Part shown: positions 1 to 13,290 of the stretch, in pieces
Layout of the letters: every line of letters begins with the position of its first letter
Position numbering within the stretch: position 1 is the first letter of the stretch
Origin: Antedon mediterranea
Lineage: Eukaryota; Animalia; Echinodermata
DNA length: 64,000 nt
Assembly: GCF_964355755.1 (NCBI RefSeq)
Contig: NC_092672.1
Location: forward strand, 23,883,237-23,947,236
Direction: 5' to 3'
Notes under the pieces: model-generated
What the model saw: only the letters and a program-made list of their open reading frames with translations
The model's database searches: none
Told to the model about the DNA's origin: nothing
Made by a program: the position numbers and the translations under genes

Positions 1-2149
1 GCACTCTTCTTCACACACACACCAACCTATGCAAAATGTGTCGAGGCTAATCGACAGCTAGACAAGACACATTCAACTAAGTAGTAATTAGACATAGCCC
101 ATAGAAAGCTTAGACCCACAAGAAGAATGTTTATAATTTGTGTACTGTAATTTTTTTAATTCTGCTATTTTATTATCAAACAATATGCATGTACTCAAAG
201 GAACTTTAAAAATGCGCGTATATGAACACATGAGATGGAAAGATTAGAACCACGAGAATAAAAAATGTATTTTTGTGTAATGTAATTGTTTAATTTTGCT
301 GACTTATTACTCGGACTGTGTCATACCTAACAGTAACACACACGTCACACCCACACAGACTACTACTAGAATAGACATGGACTTTAGAGACTAATAATTA
401 GGCCTAATAGTATTAATAGAAACTATAATTTTAACACGTAATTCTTTAATAATACAATAATTATATTAAAAACTCTATCATAAACTAAAGGCTGATTATT
501 TCGACAATCCACACAAAACGCCGCTATTCTTTTATGAAATCGCACACCGCAACCACAGCGGAGATGGCCTAGAATCGTATCGCAGTTGTGTCGTGTAATC
601 ACTTCTTGTTGTTATACGCTTGTGGGTGCACACGGAACAAGAAAATTAAACTGATGACTTATTCATGTTTATTTTGTGACGTTTCATTAAGGGGTCCCCA
701 ACTTATGTACGAAAAAAAAAATCGCCCCCGGCACAGTCGCCGGATTATCCCTGATTTATAGTTTCGAAAATGTTAATTTAATATGATTTTAAAATTAGTT
801 ACCAGAGCCACAATTACGAATCTTTCTTCAACCTACGCGTGGATACCAGCTCATTTTTTAGGATAATAATAGGCCTAAATGTATAAATGTGTAGTACTAG
901 TAGGCCTTCGTATAGATTTACAGTAGTTAAAACAATTGAATAACTGTGTTGTAAGACAATGAGTGTTATAGGCTACTTATTGATCATTTTACATTTATTG
1001 ACAAGTTATGTACGTGTCTTAATTTTATAATGACTTTTCAAAATGAAGAAAAAAAAAAAGGATTTCATCGCCGATATGATTGTTTTACATGCAGGTATTT
1101 TAGTAAAATTTAAAACGCTACATTTTGACCATGGAAAAACCATCGTACAGTATCGTGTGCGTGTTTTTTAAAAAGGGGAATCCCCGACGGTCAGCAGAAA
1201 GACGTAGCAGCTGTGTGAGGAAACAGATACCAGAAGGCGCAGCTCCGATTGGTTTCAGAGAATGTTTCAGATGGCGAGTCGCCTTTTATTCAACAGCACA
1301 ATGATCATTTTACTGAAGAAATTCTTTTCAACCCTTTTGGTTATAGAACATTCTAATTATCATGCCTAATAAATATCCTCATATCGGGTGTTTATTTAAT
1401 TTTAAATTAAACAAGACAGTGAAGAGGCACGGAATAATACGTACACGGACGTACGACGAATAGGCCTACACACACGCACGTCATTATTTACGACATATAG
1501 TGGTGATATGATGCAATTTTATAATGGATATAATGATGGGATTGCCTTTCCAGGCTTACAATCAATTGTTCATTGTAATACTATGTATATAATAGTAAAC
1601 TGAATGTTTATAAATAAATTGTTTTACGTAATTTGTTGCATATAAAATAAAAGACACAGACGCAGCCGGGGACGCAGCCTACGTTTCCTATAAAATATTT
1701 CACATTTAAATAATTATGTACTGTTAAATGACATTATGCTGGATAATACTATAATCTTAAACTATGTTTACAAATTGTCATTTTTTAAGGCACACATCTT
1801 TTTCATCATACTGACCTGTAAAATAAAAACAAAAATAAATTATTAATATAGCCCTAATAGTAATAATAATAATAAATATTCATCGACCAAAGTAAAATAA
1901 TCTAGATCGTATAACATCATTTTATCGCGACCAAAATTAAACGCGACCGAAAATTTCAAACGCGACTGCTGATATCATCGTAAAACTCCGGCGGGGTTTC
2001 CCGTTGTAGTGCGACAACGGCGGTGTAATTACGGGGGTTTCCCTCTGGTAAGCTAGCTAGCGTGCCGATCGTGTGACCTGAGACTACATAGCGGGGCTTC
2101 CCCTTTTATGCCTACACGCTCATTGTTTTGTGTATCATTTTTAACGTTT

Positions 2150-2278
2150 TGGGGCGACTTTGTGATGGGGCGACTTTGCGATGGGGCGACTTTGCGATGG
2201 GGCGACTGTGTCGGGGCGACTTTGTGATGGGGCGACTATGTAAGGGGCGACTTTGCGATGGGGCGACTTGATTAGCTA
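2150..2278. repeat. Array of ~15-bp GGGGCGACTTTG(C/T)GAT repeats, probably the terminus of a non-autonomous DNA transposon in OGFOD2 intron 1
   Basis: About 8 tandem ggggcgact-cored units ending abruptly at ...gacttgattagcta; partner end not seen in the window. Confidence 0.6.
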
Positions 2279-2535
2279 TATGTTACTATATATAGGAGTA
2301 TTTTTATAATTTACATGCACAGGTCAAAATTAACAAGTTATGCATTATGATGGTACGGTAGTACTGTAGTTTCCATCATAAGTGCTCCGTTTAAGCACTG
2401 AGTGAGTACATATTATATGGTATGTAATTTAAATGTGAATGGGAAATAGAGAGAAACAAGCTTCAAATTGGAGCTACTGTATAGTACATATAATATTAAT
2501 AATAAAATGTGAATTGTTTGTGTATTATTTTGTAG

Positions 2536-5348
2536 ATTATTAAAAACAAAGGGTGTGACAATGAAGAAGGATTCACAGACGTTCTGAGAGTCGTAAGGAA
2601 TTGATGTTTTAATTTATGTAATTATGTTAAGTTATCTGGCTGATAATGGTACAAGTAGCAAAATACAGTTCATGTGTGTGTTGTAGCAGAATACGGTACC
2701 TGTGTTCAGAATATGGTACATGTGTAGCAGAATACGGTACCTATGTAGCAGAATAGTGTACATGTGTAGCAGAATACGGTACATGTGTGTAGCAGAATAC
2801 GGTACATGTGTGTAGCAGAATACGGTACATGTGTAGCAGAATACGGTACATGTGTAGCATAATACGGTACCTGTGTAGCAGAATACGGTACCTGTGTATC
2901 AGAATACGGTACCTGTGTATCAGAATACGGTACCTGTGTAGCAGAATACAGTACCTGTCTAGCAGAAAATTTTTCCCATAGTGGGACATTCAAATGCAAA
3001 ACTATATTTTCTTTATTTTATTTCATACTATTAAACACATGTTATCTCACTAACAATTCATTTCAGGTTAAAACAGAAGTAGAACGTAGAAAATCACTTG
3101 GCCGAGATTATTTAAAGAGAAAAGAGACAATTTTAAAACATTACACACCACTCCATCAAGAGATATACAAACTACAGGTATGGAATTAAGTAGTAAAAAA
3201 ATTAAAAGAATATTTTACCTGTTAACTACCTTGCTGACGAAACACAACTATAAATGCATGTCTGATTTTGTGAAGAACAACTATTACAACAAATGTTTAG
3301 CTTGACTATTTGCCTGACTACAACTGACAAGGACAACTTCCCCCTTTAGTTATATATTTAGTCAAGATATTTAACTAAAAAATTTGAAATAGTTGGAAAA
3401 TTTTTCTTCTTTATGGTATTATTTTCTCATTGAAATTGTTGTAGATTTCATTTCTGAGCCTAACATTTCTGAAGTTGGTTGAACATAGCAAGCAGAAAAA
3501 TGCATCAATGCAAAGTTTGATAAAACTCATGAGTACTGAAAAAGGTTTGTTGATAGTTGACCTATTGTAATCAAATTCTATAAAAAAAATAGTAAAGGAT
3601 TCTAACTTAAATAACTGTACATTGTGAAGCTCATTCTGCCATGGAACAGTAATCGTAAAAGATAAAAATCAAAGCTATACACTAGTATAGCAGGCTTTCC
3701 TATATGATTAAAACTATTTGACGAAAAGGCATATTTCAAACACATTAAAGGAAAAGTTAAGCACACAAAAAATGGCAAAATTACATGTTTTTGCATTGTT
3801 ATTTTGTGAACAATGGATGTTCTATAACTCATTAAAATGGCATTCAAAAACTTGCATATTTACTGTAATTACGTTTTATGTTTCACATTTAACTGTTTTT
3901 TTTTTATGTAGGAGAGCGTATTTACTCTTTTCCAATATTTACTGAAGAGTTTTGTAATTCATTTAAAGAAGAAATAGAACATTTTGAAAACACAGATTTA
4001 CCAAAAGGAAGACCAAATACAATGAACAATTATGGCGTAAGTGTGGCTACCGTAAATGCCCTGCTTTGCATAAACTAATCAAAAACCCCACCTCAAATAT
4101 TAACTCCCCTACCCCATAGAACATCATTTGGTATAAATGCCCCTCATAAACATGACATGACTTCCATAATCTACAATTGACCAAGCATTGTGATTTTTAC
4201 TGTATTTTATGACTTCTTGATATCGATTTTGTTTTTAAAGAATTTATTTGATTTCTTTGTTATGTAGAAGGATTGAAAATAAATAAAAATAAAATAAAAG
4301 CCACTACTATTAGTAAGGCATAGACCTGCTTAAAATTCTCAAAATGTATTATGTTGTAGGTATTAATGAATGAATTGGGATTTGATGACTACTTCATCAC
4401 ACCTTTACGTCAGAATTACATAACTCCACTCGCTAGGCTCTTGTATCCAGACTGTGGTGGAGACTTGTTAGACTCTCACAAAGCTTTTGTTGTAAAGTAC
4501 AAGATTGGAGAAGATTTGGATCTTAACTATCATTATGATAATGCAGAGGTCACTCTTAATATATCACTTACAAGTGATTTCACTGAGGGCTCATTGTATT
4601 TTGGAGGCATGCGTCATGTAAGTAAAAACAATGCCTGAATGTATCTGGTTATAAAAAACAAAGCAACGATTTGTATAATTTTGGCACTGAATACCATAAT
4701 TAAATGGTTTACATTGTATTTTAGGTAATACTTTATGACCAATATGATTTTGTTATTATGACCCGAATACAATATTTTAAAGTAAAAATGTATCTATATT
4801 GGTGACAATCATATTGTATATATTCTCCCAACCACCCTCAGATGCTTTGTTTTCAGTACCTGAACTTTTCTGTTCATACACATGATAAAGAATCAAGACA
4901 AGGTGTTCTTAATGTCATTTCCTGGTGGCAGTCTGAAGCCAATCTAACATTAGTCATATAAAATATTGTACACTAGGCTTCCATTTTGGCTTTTGTATAC
5001 CTCTGTTGAATCTACAAGTGACATGGTTGTCTTTTATATAGCAACATAGCAGGTTTGTTAATTTTGTGTTGTTTTTAACAGCAACGAGGAATAGAAGAAC
5101 CACAGCGTACTGAATATTGCCACAAGCCAACGTATGGTTTAATTCATCGAGGACAACACATGCACGGTGCTCTTCCAATAGCAGATGGTGAACGGTACAA
5201 TCTAATTATTTGGATGCGATCTTCCAAAATAAGGAATAAATTGTGTCCAATGTGTGATAATAAACCTCAACTTATTAAGACTGTTGGATTCGGAGATGGA
5301 TTCACTCAACCAGAAAATACAACTGTCGATGTTTGTTGTACTTTATAA
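2536..5348 (+). CDS. OGFOD2: 2-oxoglutarate/Fe(II)-dependent oxygenase domain-containing protein 2 (5'-partial, spliced)
   Basis: Phase-compatible GT-AG exons 2536-2592, 3067-3177, 3445-3544, 3912-4036, 4360-4617, 5082-5348; motifs PKGRPNTMNNYG, LDSHKAFVVKY, HYD (HxD) ... HGA, R-x-N, C-terminal RNKLCPMC...GFGDGF...VDVCCTL match OGFOD2; first coding exon not identified. Confidence 0.95.
2665..2966. repeat. 20-22 bp minisatellite (TGTAGCAGAATACGGTACA/CTG) in an OGFOD2 intron
   Basis: About 14 tandem units read directly. Confidence 0.95.
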
Positions 5349-5659
5349 TGCATAGGTCAACAATTTTACAACTCAAATAATATATTTAAAAGATTCTTCC
5401 AATGTACATGTGTCTTTATGACCTCTCTGCGACCTAACTATGTGATATGTGACATGTAAAGATGTCAAGAATGGTTGAGCCCCATGTTAAGGCATAAAGA
5501 TGTAGCAGAGACATGGGTTTGAAACGTTTTTTGTTTGAAAAAGTGTGTCGACTGTGAGGTTTAAGAGGAGATAGAATATGGGAAAACATAGTCTCCATTA
5601 AAGTATTATAGTACTGTATATACATTATTATATTATTATAAATATATATTATATAATAC

Positions 5660-5850
5660 AAAGAATAATAAACTTTTATAAAGCGCTATTTACTGATGTT
5701 TTACAGCACTAAAAGACCAACAAGAATTATTGAAAAGGTGAGATTTTAGAAGTTACTTGATTTACTTAAGAGATTTACATTGACGGGTATGGAGTGGAAG
5801 CTGGTTCCAAACTAGTGACACTTGTGCAAAAAACTCCTTGAAAATAAGCT
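5660..5850 (-). mobile_element. 3' end fragment of an L2/CR1-type LINE
   Basis: Minus strand reads VWNQLPLHTRQCKSLK*IK*LLKSHLF then gcgctttataaaagtttattatt tail. Confidence 0.6.
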
Positions 5851-6039
5851 TAATTATTGTTTGATAATTGTAAAAAGTAATTAATATATTGTTGATGGAA
5901 AATGTTTTAATAAACAAACGAAAATAAAGAACTGATTGTAAAATAGTTGGAAAAATGTTTTAATAAAACGAAAGAAGAACTAATTGTAACATATTGTTGG
6001 AAATGTTTAATAAACAACAATAAAAGAAACTGCTTTAGT

Positions 6040-6465
6040 TGTTGGAAAATGATAGAAAGAACATAAACGGCCATCTCTTGCAGAAGCCGATTTAGTTCAT
6101 TGTTGAAAATGATAGAAAGAACATAAACGGCCATCTCTTGCATAGGCCTATATAGTTCATTGTTGAAAATGATAGAAAGAACATAAACGGCCATCTCTTG
6201 AATAGGCCTATTTAGTTCATTGTTGAAAATGATAGAAAGAACATAAACGGCCATCTCTTGAATAGGCCTATTTAGTTCATTGTTGAAAATGATAGAAAGA
6301 ACATAAACGGCCATCTCTTACAGAGGGCTATTTAGTTCATTGTTGAAAATGATAGAAAGAACATAAACGGCCATCTCTTGCAGAGGCCTATTTAGTTCAT
6401 TGTTGAAAATGATAGAAAGAACATAAACGGCCATCTCTTACAGAGGCCTATTTAGTTCATTGTTG
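6040..6465. repeat. 60-bp tandem repeat, 7 copies, overlapping the GST stop codon and 3' UTR
   Basis: Unit TGTTGAAAATGATAGAAAGAACATAAACGGCCATCTCTT...TAGTTCAT at exact 60-bp period; degenerate copies continue to ~5880. Confidence 0.97.
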
Positions 6466-9400
6466 GCAAACTGCTTTCAGTGGTTTATTCAATTCATCGT
6501 AATCTGGATTCAATTTGTCTTCTACACGTTTCATCCAGTCAGCAATTTCCGGCTGGTTCTTCAGTAAACCTTTACCAGATGGACAGGCCAACGGTTGAAC
6601 AACCTGAAAGAATTTAAAAAATACTACTATTATAATGAAATATTTTAATTGGAACGAATGAAATTTGTTCTTACTAATGCATGCACTAATCATGTAACAT
6701 AAACTCCAAATATTTAGAATTTCGTTTTTTTTTATCGATATATGTTTCGGGTTGATGAATAAACAACGATATGCATCTTATAAAATCAAACAATGCTCCT
6801 CAGAAGGTTGTCCGTTAATCGTTGATGAATAAAGAGCAATAGGATTATTTGGACAATGGGAATGTATCGCATAAATCAAACATTGCTCCTTTAAAAGTTT
6901 GTCTGTTGAACGTTGATGAATTAAGAGCGATAGCATGATTTGGACAACGGGAATGTCTTTATCGTATAAAATTAACTATAGCTCCGTTGGAAGGTTGTCC
7001 GTTGATGGTTAATGAATAAAGAGCAATAGGATGATTTGGACAATGGGAATGTATCGTATAAAATTAACTATAGCTCAGTCGGAAGGTTGTCCGTTGATGG
7101 TTTATGAATAAAGAGCGATAGGATGATTTGGACAATGGGAATGTATCGTATAAAATCAACTATCTCCGTCGGAAGGTCGTCCGTTGATGGTTAATGAATA
7201 GCCTAATGAACGATACTTGGTTCAGACAGTGGAATGTATGGTACATTATGTACAACCATGGAGTTTTTAAAATAAGTTATTTTACAACTCCCTGGTACAA
7301 CTATGGAGGAAAATGATTAAAATTTCGAATTACTTATTTTTGTATTGAGGTAACATGCACATTATCTGATTCTGCGCATGCCAAACCAAAATATTAACCA
7401 CAACCTAAACTTCTTTTAAATCTAGTGATTACCTCACAAATAGCAAACAAGTCGGCAACAGATATCTCGTCTCCACACAAGAACCTCTTTCCTTTGAGAA
7501 ATAACCTATTTATCTTGCCGATGGACTCTTCAGCTTCTTTGACAAACTTGTCGACTGCCTCCTGATCTTTTAGTTTCCCGGTACGTTTTGGAACAAATAT
7601 CTGTATACAAATATAACAGTGGTCTTATTTTGACTAGTTGTGTAGGTTTTAAGTTGCTCCCGTATATCTCATTAATCTGGCCGTCGTTTTTGTAACTGGC
7701 GTTTTTATAGTTGCATGAGTTATGTATTTTTTAAACTTTACTTTTAAATTATGATATCGGATATCAAACTTTTCTAGAGACTTCTTCTTCTAAAAACTCA
7801 GATATCTTCTTTAGATCTACAAAAGTCGGATATCTTTTTTGATAGATCTGAAAAACTCGGATATCTGGCTTTTCTGACTTAGGTTTCGCCTTATTCCAGC
7901 CCATTCTCCCTTTAATTACAACTTCCCGAATTTAGCCATATGACCGTAATGTTAGTTTTGCGCCTTCATACCACACATTCTTAGCAGCATAACATTGAAA
8001 TGAAACATTACATTGTTATTTACCTCATTCACCATCACGTTAATTCCCGCTTTCCTAATACCTGTATGCTGCCAGGCTAAGTAGGCAGCAATCTGAGCCC
8101 GAGTCTCAATATTTTTAGGATACCAATGATCTGCTACGTTGTATTTTGCCGCCAGATATCTCACTATTGCAGTACTACAAAGAAACAAACCAGAATTCAA
8201 AAGGGCCTTATTATTTATAGACTGTCGTTACCAAGTTTTAAATGTTTAGGCCTATAGATATAGGAAAGTGTTCGTTAGTGACCAATATGTTGTCAACTTG
8301 TAATTTCTGTGTTGTATCACCTGCAATTAGGGGATATTGGAGAAAATGATTAATGAAATTGAAAAAAAAAACTTCTTCACACTTGCATTCTTTACAATGT
8401 AGCCTACATGGTTGGACAAGGGGAGTAAGGCATACATTTCTCCAAGTGTGAAATCACCATATTTAATTGCTGGTACTGACTGAGCTGGCTGGATTGCAGT
8501 GTATTCTGGCATTCTATGCTCACCTGTCAAACAACATTATACCTTATTATTTTCTACAGTATATACAAAATGTCTAATACAATTTTTGAAAATAATTAAA
8601 CAACTTTAAGACAGTGGACTACATTCAGTCAATAAAGGCTAATTATACTAGGACGATTACAAAGGTAAATATACATTTTCCTATTTTTCTATTTTCGTCC
8701 AATTAAATGACGTCATGATTTGTAATAGCAATACTATCGTGACGATACCACAATTTTATTGTTCTTATTGATCATGACGTCATTTTCATTTGATTTAAAA
8801 AAAAAATCTTATTTTAGGCCAAAGACAGCAGCATAAGTGTTATAGTTTCAAAAATTTTCTAATTTTGTTTTTTAAATAAATATCTTTGTTTTATATAATT
8901 ATCGTCGTTCGTTATCGTTCGTAGTATAACCGGACCTTATATTATCGTCGTTCGTTATCGTTCGTAGTATAACCGGACCTTATATTATCGTCGTTCATTA
9001 TCGTTCGTAGTATAACCGGACCTTAAATCACGAAGAATTATATTTTGGACAACCTACTGTACTGTAGTAAATGTATGAAAAATTATACAATGAAATGAAT
9101 GTTTAAAATTATAATATTCTTTTTGCTGATTCTTTCCGCAATTTTGATTATCCTTGAGATAACAAATATTTAGTGGCTCTGAAATGTTGACTATTATTAA
9201 AAACCACAGCAAAGGGACCTGTAACATCGGTAATTAGACCTATAATATTTGTAGACCTGATTATCAAACCAGGCACACTATAGTGTTTTCATTGTAAACC
9301 TTGTTCCTATGAATGAATGAAAATCACTGACAAAAGCATGATTAAGCAAATTTGTCTGGGTATTTTTAGAAACTCCATATAAATATTTCATGTGCACATG

Positions 9401-9993
9401 TTTATTCACATAATGGAGGTGAGGAGATCTTGGTCTTGGTCTTGGACGCAAAGTGAAGGGGTTGTTATTTTTTCCCCTCTCCGTCATCACTCTGATTCAG
9501 GATTTTTAAGGTGGTCAACTCATTTTTTATTCCCTTTTTTTTGAGCTGAGAAATGCTACGATAACTTGGAATGTGATCTATTAGAGTGCTGTTTCTAAAA
9601 AATATGTTTCACTTGCAAAGGCAGCATACATGGGATGGGGGAGGGGGGTAGTTGTGCTAGGGGATAGTTGTGCTAGGGGGTAATTGTCCGGGTGGTAGTT
9701 GTCCTTAGGGGGTAGTTGTCCTATAGGGTAGTTGTCCTATGGGTAATTGTCCGGTTGGTAGTTGTCCTATGGGGGTAATTGTCCGGGTGGTAGTTGTTCG
9801 GGTGGTAATTGTCTAGGTAGTTGTCTGGATACCTTTAAAACAACAGCATATTTTAATAGTGACTAAAATAAAAAAGCATACCTTTTGCCAAGTCGATGAC
9901 TTTTTCATGGTAGGGTATCTTGTTATATTTGCAAAACAATACTACGGCACGACTAGGTTGAGATAATGGATTATAGTACACTGTTAAAGCCAT
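6457..9993 (-). CDS. GSTT1: Glutathione S-transferase, theta class (221 aa, 5 exons)
   Basis: Exons 9993-9882, 8523-8436, 8174-8024, 7600-7433, 6603-6457 (666 nt, in phase); MALTVYYNPLSQPSRAV (catalytic Ser), VPAIKYGDFTLGE, ADHWYP, YLAWQH, FLCGDEISVADLFA. Orthology to GSTT1 specifically is not established. Confidence 0.92.
6775..7240. repeat. ~88-bp tandem repeat (~5 copies) in GST intron 4
   Basis: Recurring aaggttgtccgttgatgg...ggatgatttggacaatgggaatgtatcgtataaaat. Confidence 0.85.
8635..9026. mobile_element. MITE-like element whose right end is triplicated as a 43-bp tandem repeat (~8899-9026)
   Basis: Left aaggctaattatactaggacgat loosely inverts to right atcgttcgtagtataaccggacctt, present three times. 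Confidence 0.5.
9645..9833. repeat. ~15-17-bp GGGTAGTTGTCC repeat array, likely a DNA-transposon terminus, in GST intron 1
   Basis: About 11 degenerate ggta(g/a)ttgtcc units ending gttgtctggatacc. Confidence 0.6.
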
Positions 9994-11029
9994 CTTTAGC
10001 TTTAGTAGAACAATTTAATTGTACAGTATTATCAGGGAGTAGCAACTCTCTGGTATTATCAAGTGACTGGAGCGGCTGCAATGCTAATGTCAACAAAGTT
10101 CGTGCAAAGAGTCAATTGAATATCATTCATGAGCGTGATCTGATCAGGGAGTTGTTATTAGTAACAACTCCCTGATCTGATTATTCAACCATATCAACGT
10201 CTTTTGTACATTTGACCTTGTCATCTCCTTCCGTTTTTCACAAATAAGAGAGCCTAAATAATGCTATAGAAGTTTGTTTGAATTAACAGTTACGGTTGTG
10301 TAATTGTAAAAAGAAATTGTCGTCATAATTATTTATATTTGTTTTATACATTATTACCGTATCGTTATAGTGGAGGTCATGCATTGTTAAATGTGGGCTC
10401 TTATTAGGCTCTGTTTTCGCTGCAAAAAAAACAACAAAAAAACAAAAAACAAAAACTAATGGTTAAAAACGTGTGATTGTAAATAATTACCATCACATTT
10501 CTTTCCTGGCAACGTTGAGAGATTTTAAAAGACTTGCACTCCCATCGGACTATAAACATGCCCCATAATAACAATCACCCATTAAGGTAACACTTTAACC
10601 ACTAACGTAACCAACTTCATTAACCACGTAACAAACTTAACCATTAACTTAACAAAGGGTAACTACTAACGTAACAACAGTAGAAAATTCGTGTAAGTTA
10701 AACATCCTATTTTTAACTTCAGTTTCCGTCCGTGTGTGTATGTCTATTCTCTATAAAAAAAGTGTCCAGCCATTGAAGTTTAAAGTCACTGGACAGACAG
10801 ACATGATACAAATGGAAATGGAACGGCTTCATCACAATAAGGTTTCCATACGAAAATAATGGGTTTCTTACGGATATAACATTTATTGCCCGCCGGACTA
10901 AGACAGATAATTCATAACAGGCTGAAGTTTTATGATTGAAATTTAATTTTCAGCTGTAAATCAACACACCATACGTCTAAAGATCAACACATTGAAGGAT
11001 CGATACACCAACGTTGTCAGTATGATATA

Positions 11030-11146
11030 AACAAGGCCATATACATGGCTGCAGTCGCGTGCTCAAGTTAGTGTTTACCGACCAACCGACCGACCAACCG
11101 ACCGACATAGTGAGCTGTAGAGTGGCTTTGCACGCGACTAAAAAAA
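11030..11146 (-). mobile_element. Short Helentron-associated element (HINE/DINE-1-like)
   Basis: Sub-terminal IR agtcgcgtg/cacgcgact, (CCGA)n microsatellite, ggcc hairpin, T-run insertion site; same architecture as 51174-52049. Confidence 0.7.
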
Positions 11147-11339
11147 AGAAATTTAGTTAAAATTAACACTATTATTTATCATCTGGTAGGATGATATTTG
11201 TTTCCAAAAAGATAGAATTGATGTAATGTGTATGGCCTTGCTGATGCAATTGATGGTTAACATTGTTTGTGTTTTTTTTAGTTTAGTAATTTCATTTGGA
11301 ACTCAGACTGAAATCTATGCTGTTTGTCCTTGTTACCAG

Positions 11340-13290
11340 TGTTAGTGGATTCTTGCTGGTTGTTTGGACCGATGGATTATTTCTGGTTTCAGCTTTACTA
11401 TGGAATAGAGCAGAGCATGGTCTGTGTCACAGTTTGCGCTGTGGAAACAGCGAGTAAGGGATACGTTGCTGAGGAAGGATCTCGCTAGGATATGGTCCAG
11501 TGATGCCAGTCCTTGGATCATGGATAGCACCATGAGACTCTCCTCTTGAAAGATATTCCATAAAAGGTGTTAGTGACGGTGAAGTGCAGTGAATTCAAGG
11601 AGTCTACGTCCATTACTGTTTAATTTTCAAACACCAAAACATCTTTTGTGAGGGGACCAAGGCAGAAAATCTGCCCCAACACGTGCATTGAAATCTCCAA
11701 AGATAAGTATTGTTCTCTTTTCAGGATCTTCAAGACAGCTTGATCTTATTGAGTATAGAACCCATCAATCACTTCCGTCGGAGCTTGCATAGTCGGAGCA
11801 TAGATATTAATTAGGCTAACGACTCCAAGATTGGTGTGAAGCTTCATTGAGATCGTCCGTTCATTTCCATCAGTAGGTGGTTCTATAAATGGCAGGATAG
11901 ATCTACTCGTTTCTCTCCATTATTTTCACCTTTCCAAAAAAGGTTATAGTTCTTTTCTGCAAATGAACCTAAGCCAGGAATTCTTGTTTCCTGGAGTGCT
12001 GCTATGTCGATATTTAATCGCTGTAATTCTTGATCGATGATTTTCTCAGTTCAGCATTCGGTGTTAGAAAACTCGGGATCCATATTAACCAGAGGGTATA
12101 TGTCTAATCGAAAGTGTACAAGGAAAATCATGCATATATCTTTATGAAACGAATTAATGGTAATGTTTAAATTAGAACAATCAATAGTTATTATATTGTA
12201 ACGATTTCTAACTATACCATAGGTAAATTAAATTAAGTGTCATGGTTCGTACATTCCATGACGCTAGACAAAGTTTAATGTAATTTGTGTCTATGTATTC
12301 GTTGGTAAGCAATTGCGGTCTACTTGTCAAGTTTGCAGGCTCAATCTCTAACCACCCAATCAGAGAAAGCAGACGATGACGGATCAGAACCTAAATGGCC
12401 AAAAGCTGCTCAGCTTAAGGCAGGCGGTAACTAATAACTGGGATTAAATAACCCCCCTCCCCCACCCTACCGTCAGAAGTAGCCTAATCCGTAGCGTCCA
12501 CATTTCACGCCAATACAATCTAGACTTATAACTCGTAACTATTACTTCTCGATTTGTTTTCATCCTCAGATGCCAGAGTTTTCTTCTCCGGTGTGTGTGT
12601 GTGTGTGTTTGCCTGTGTGATGTTAAGGATCCATGGGTTACCCAAGCGTCACGAATCCTCTCTCTGCCTTCCCTGCGAATTCCAAAAAAGACCGATGCTA
12701 TACATTTTGTACAGGGTTGGTTGCAGCATCAATTTGCTATCATTAGTTGACTTCAATAGAAGGATGATATGATCCTGTTTCAGTTTTCTGTTGTGGTTAA
12801 CTCCCTTAGCTTTTAGCTTTACCTAGCCTAATCCACAAGGCAGTGGGTGCTAATGACCCATAGGTGTGCATTTTTACTCATATGTGGGCTTATTTTACCC
12901 ATAGGAAGGCTTATTTGCCCATACAGTAGGTGGGACAGGAATTGATATAAGGCAAGGGCGTGTCTACCCTCCGGTGGGCCAGATACCTTCTATCGGGTTC
13001 CTATTCTTCTGTAGCCCTCTCCACATCAGTTTCACTAGTCGCAATAGTAGCTGCTTACAGCGGGTTCCGTACCGACGAGAAGGTTGTGAAATAGGACTTG
13101 TAAAAAGAAAGGATATAAATTCCCAATGGACTGTAATATATCCGCCATATACCAGTACAGGAGAGTAACCGGATAAAAAATGGTTGTAGTAGAATAAATG
13201 AAATAATGAGAAAAATGAAAGAGACTGATGGGAACCACAGGCTAGGCCTCGTAACGCATCATTAGACTTCACCCACCTTCATCCAACAAA
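11340..13290 (-). mobile_element. Degenerate RTE (BovB-like) LINE 5' portion: 5' UTR plus endonuclease, interrupted at ~12045-12237
   Basis: Minus-strand peptides LCLASWNVRTM, IIDQELQRLNIDIAALQETRIPG, VSLINIYAPT, LDHILAR, DTDHALL; stops and frameshifts. Confidence 0.8.

Noticed and set aside
2706-2999. Repetitive ORFs (VPYSATH)n / (HRYRILL)n
   Set aside because: Translations of an intronic minisatellite, antisense to OGFOD2
5907-6314. 135-aa repeat ORF as an independent gene
   Set aside because: Open only because the 60-bp unit lacks a stop in that frame; lies in the GST 3' region
6040-6465. CRISPR-like regular array
   Set aside because: The variable part is only a few substitutions, with no unique spacers and no cas genes; eukaryotic context
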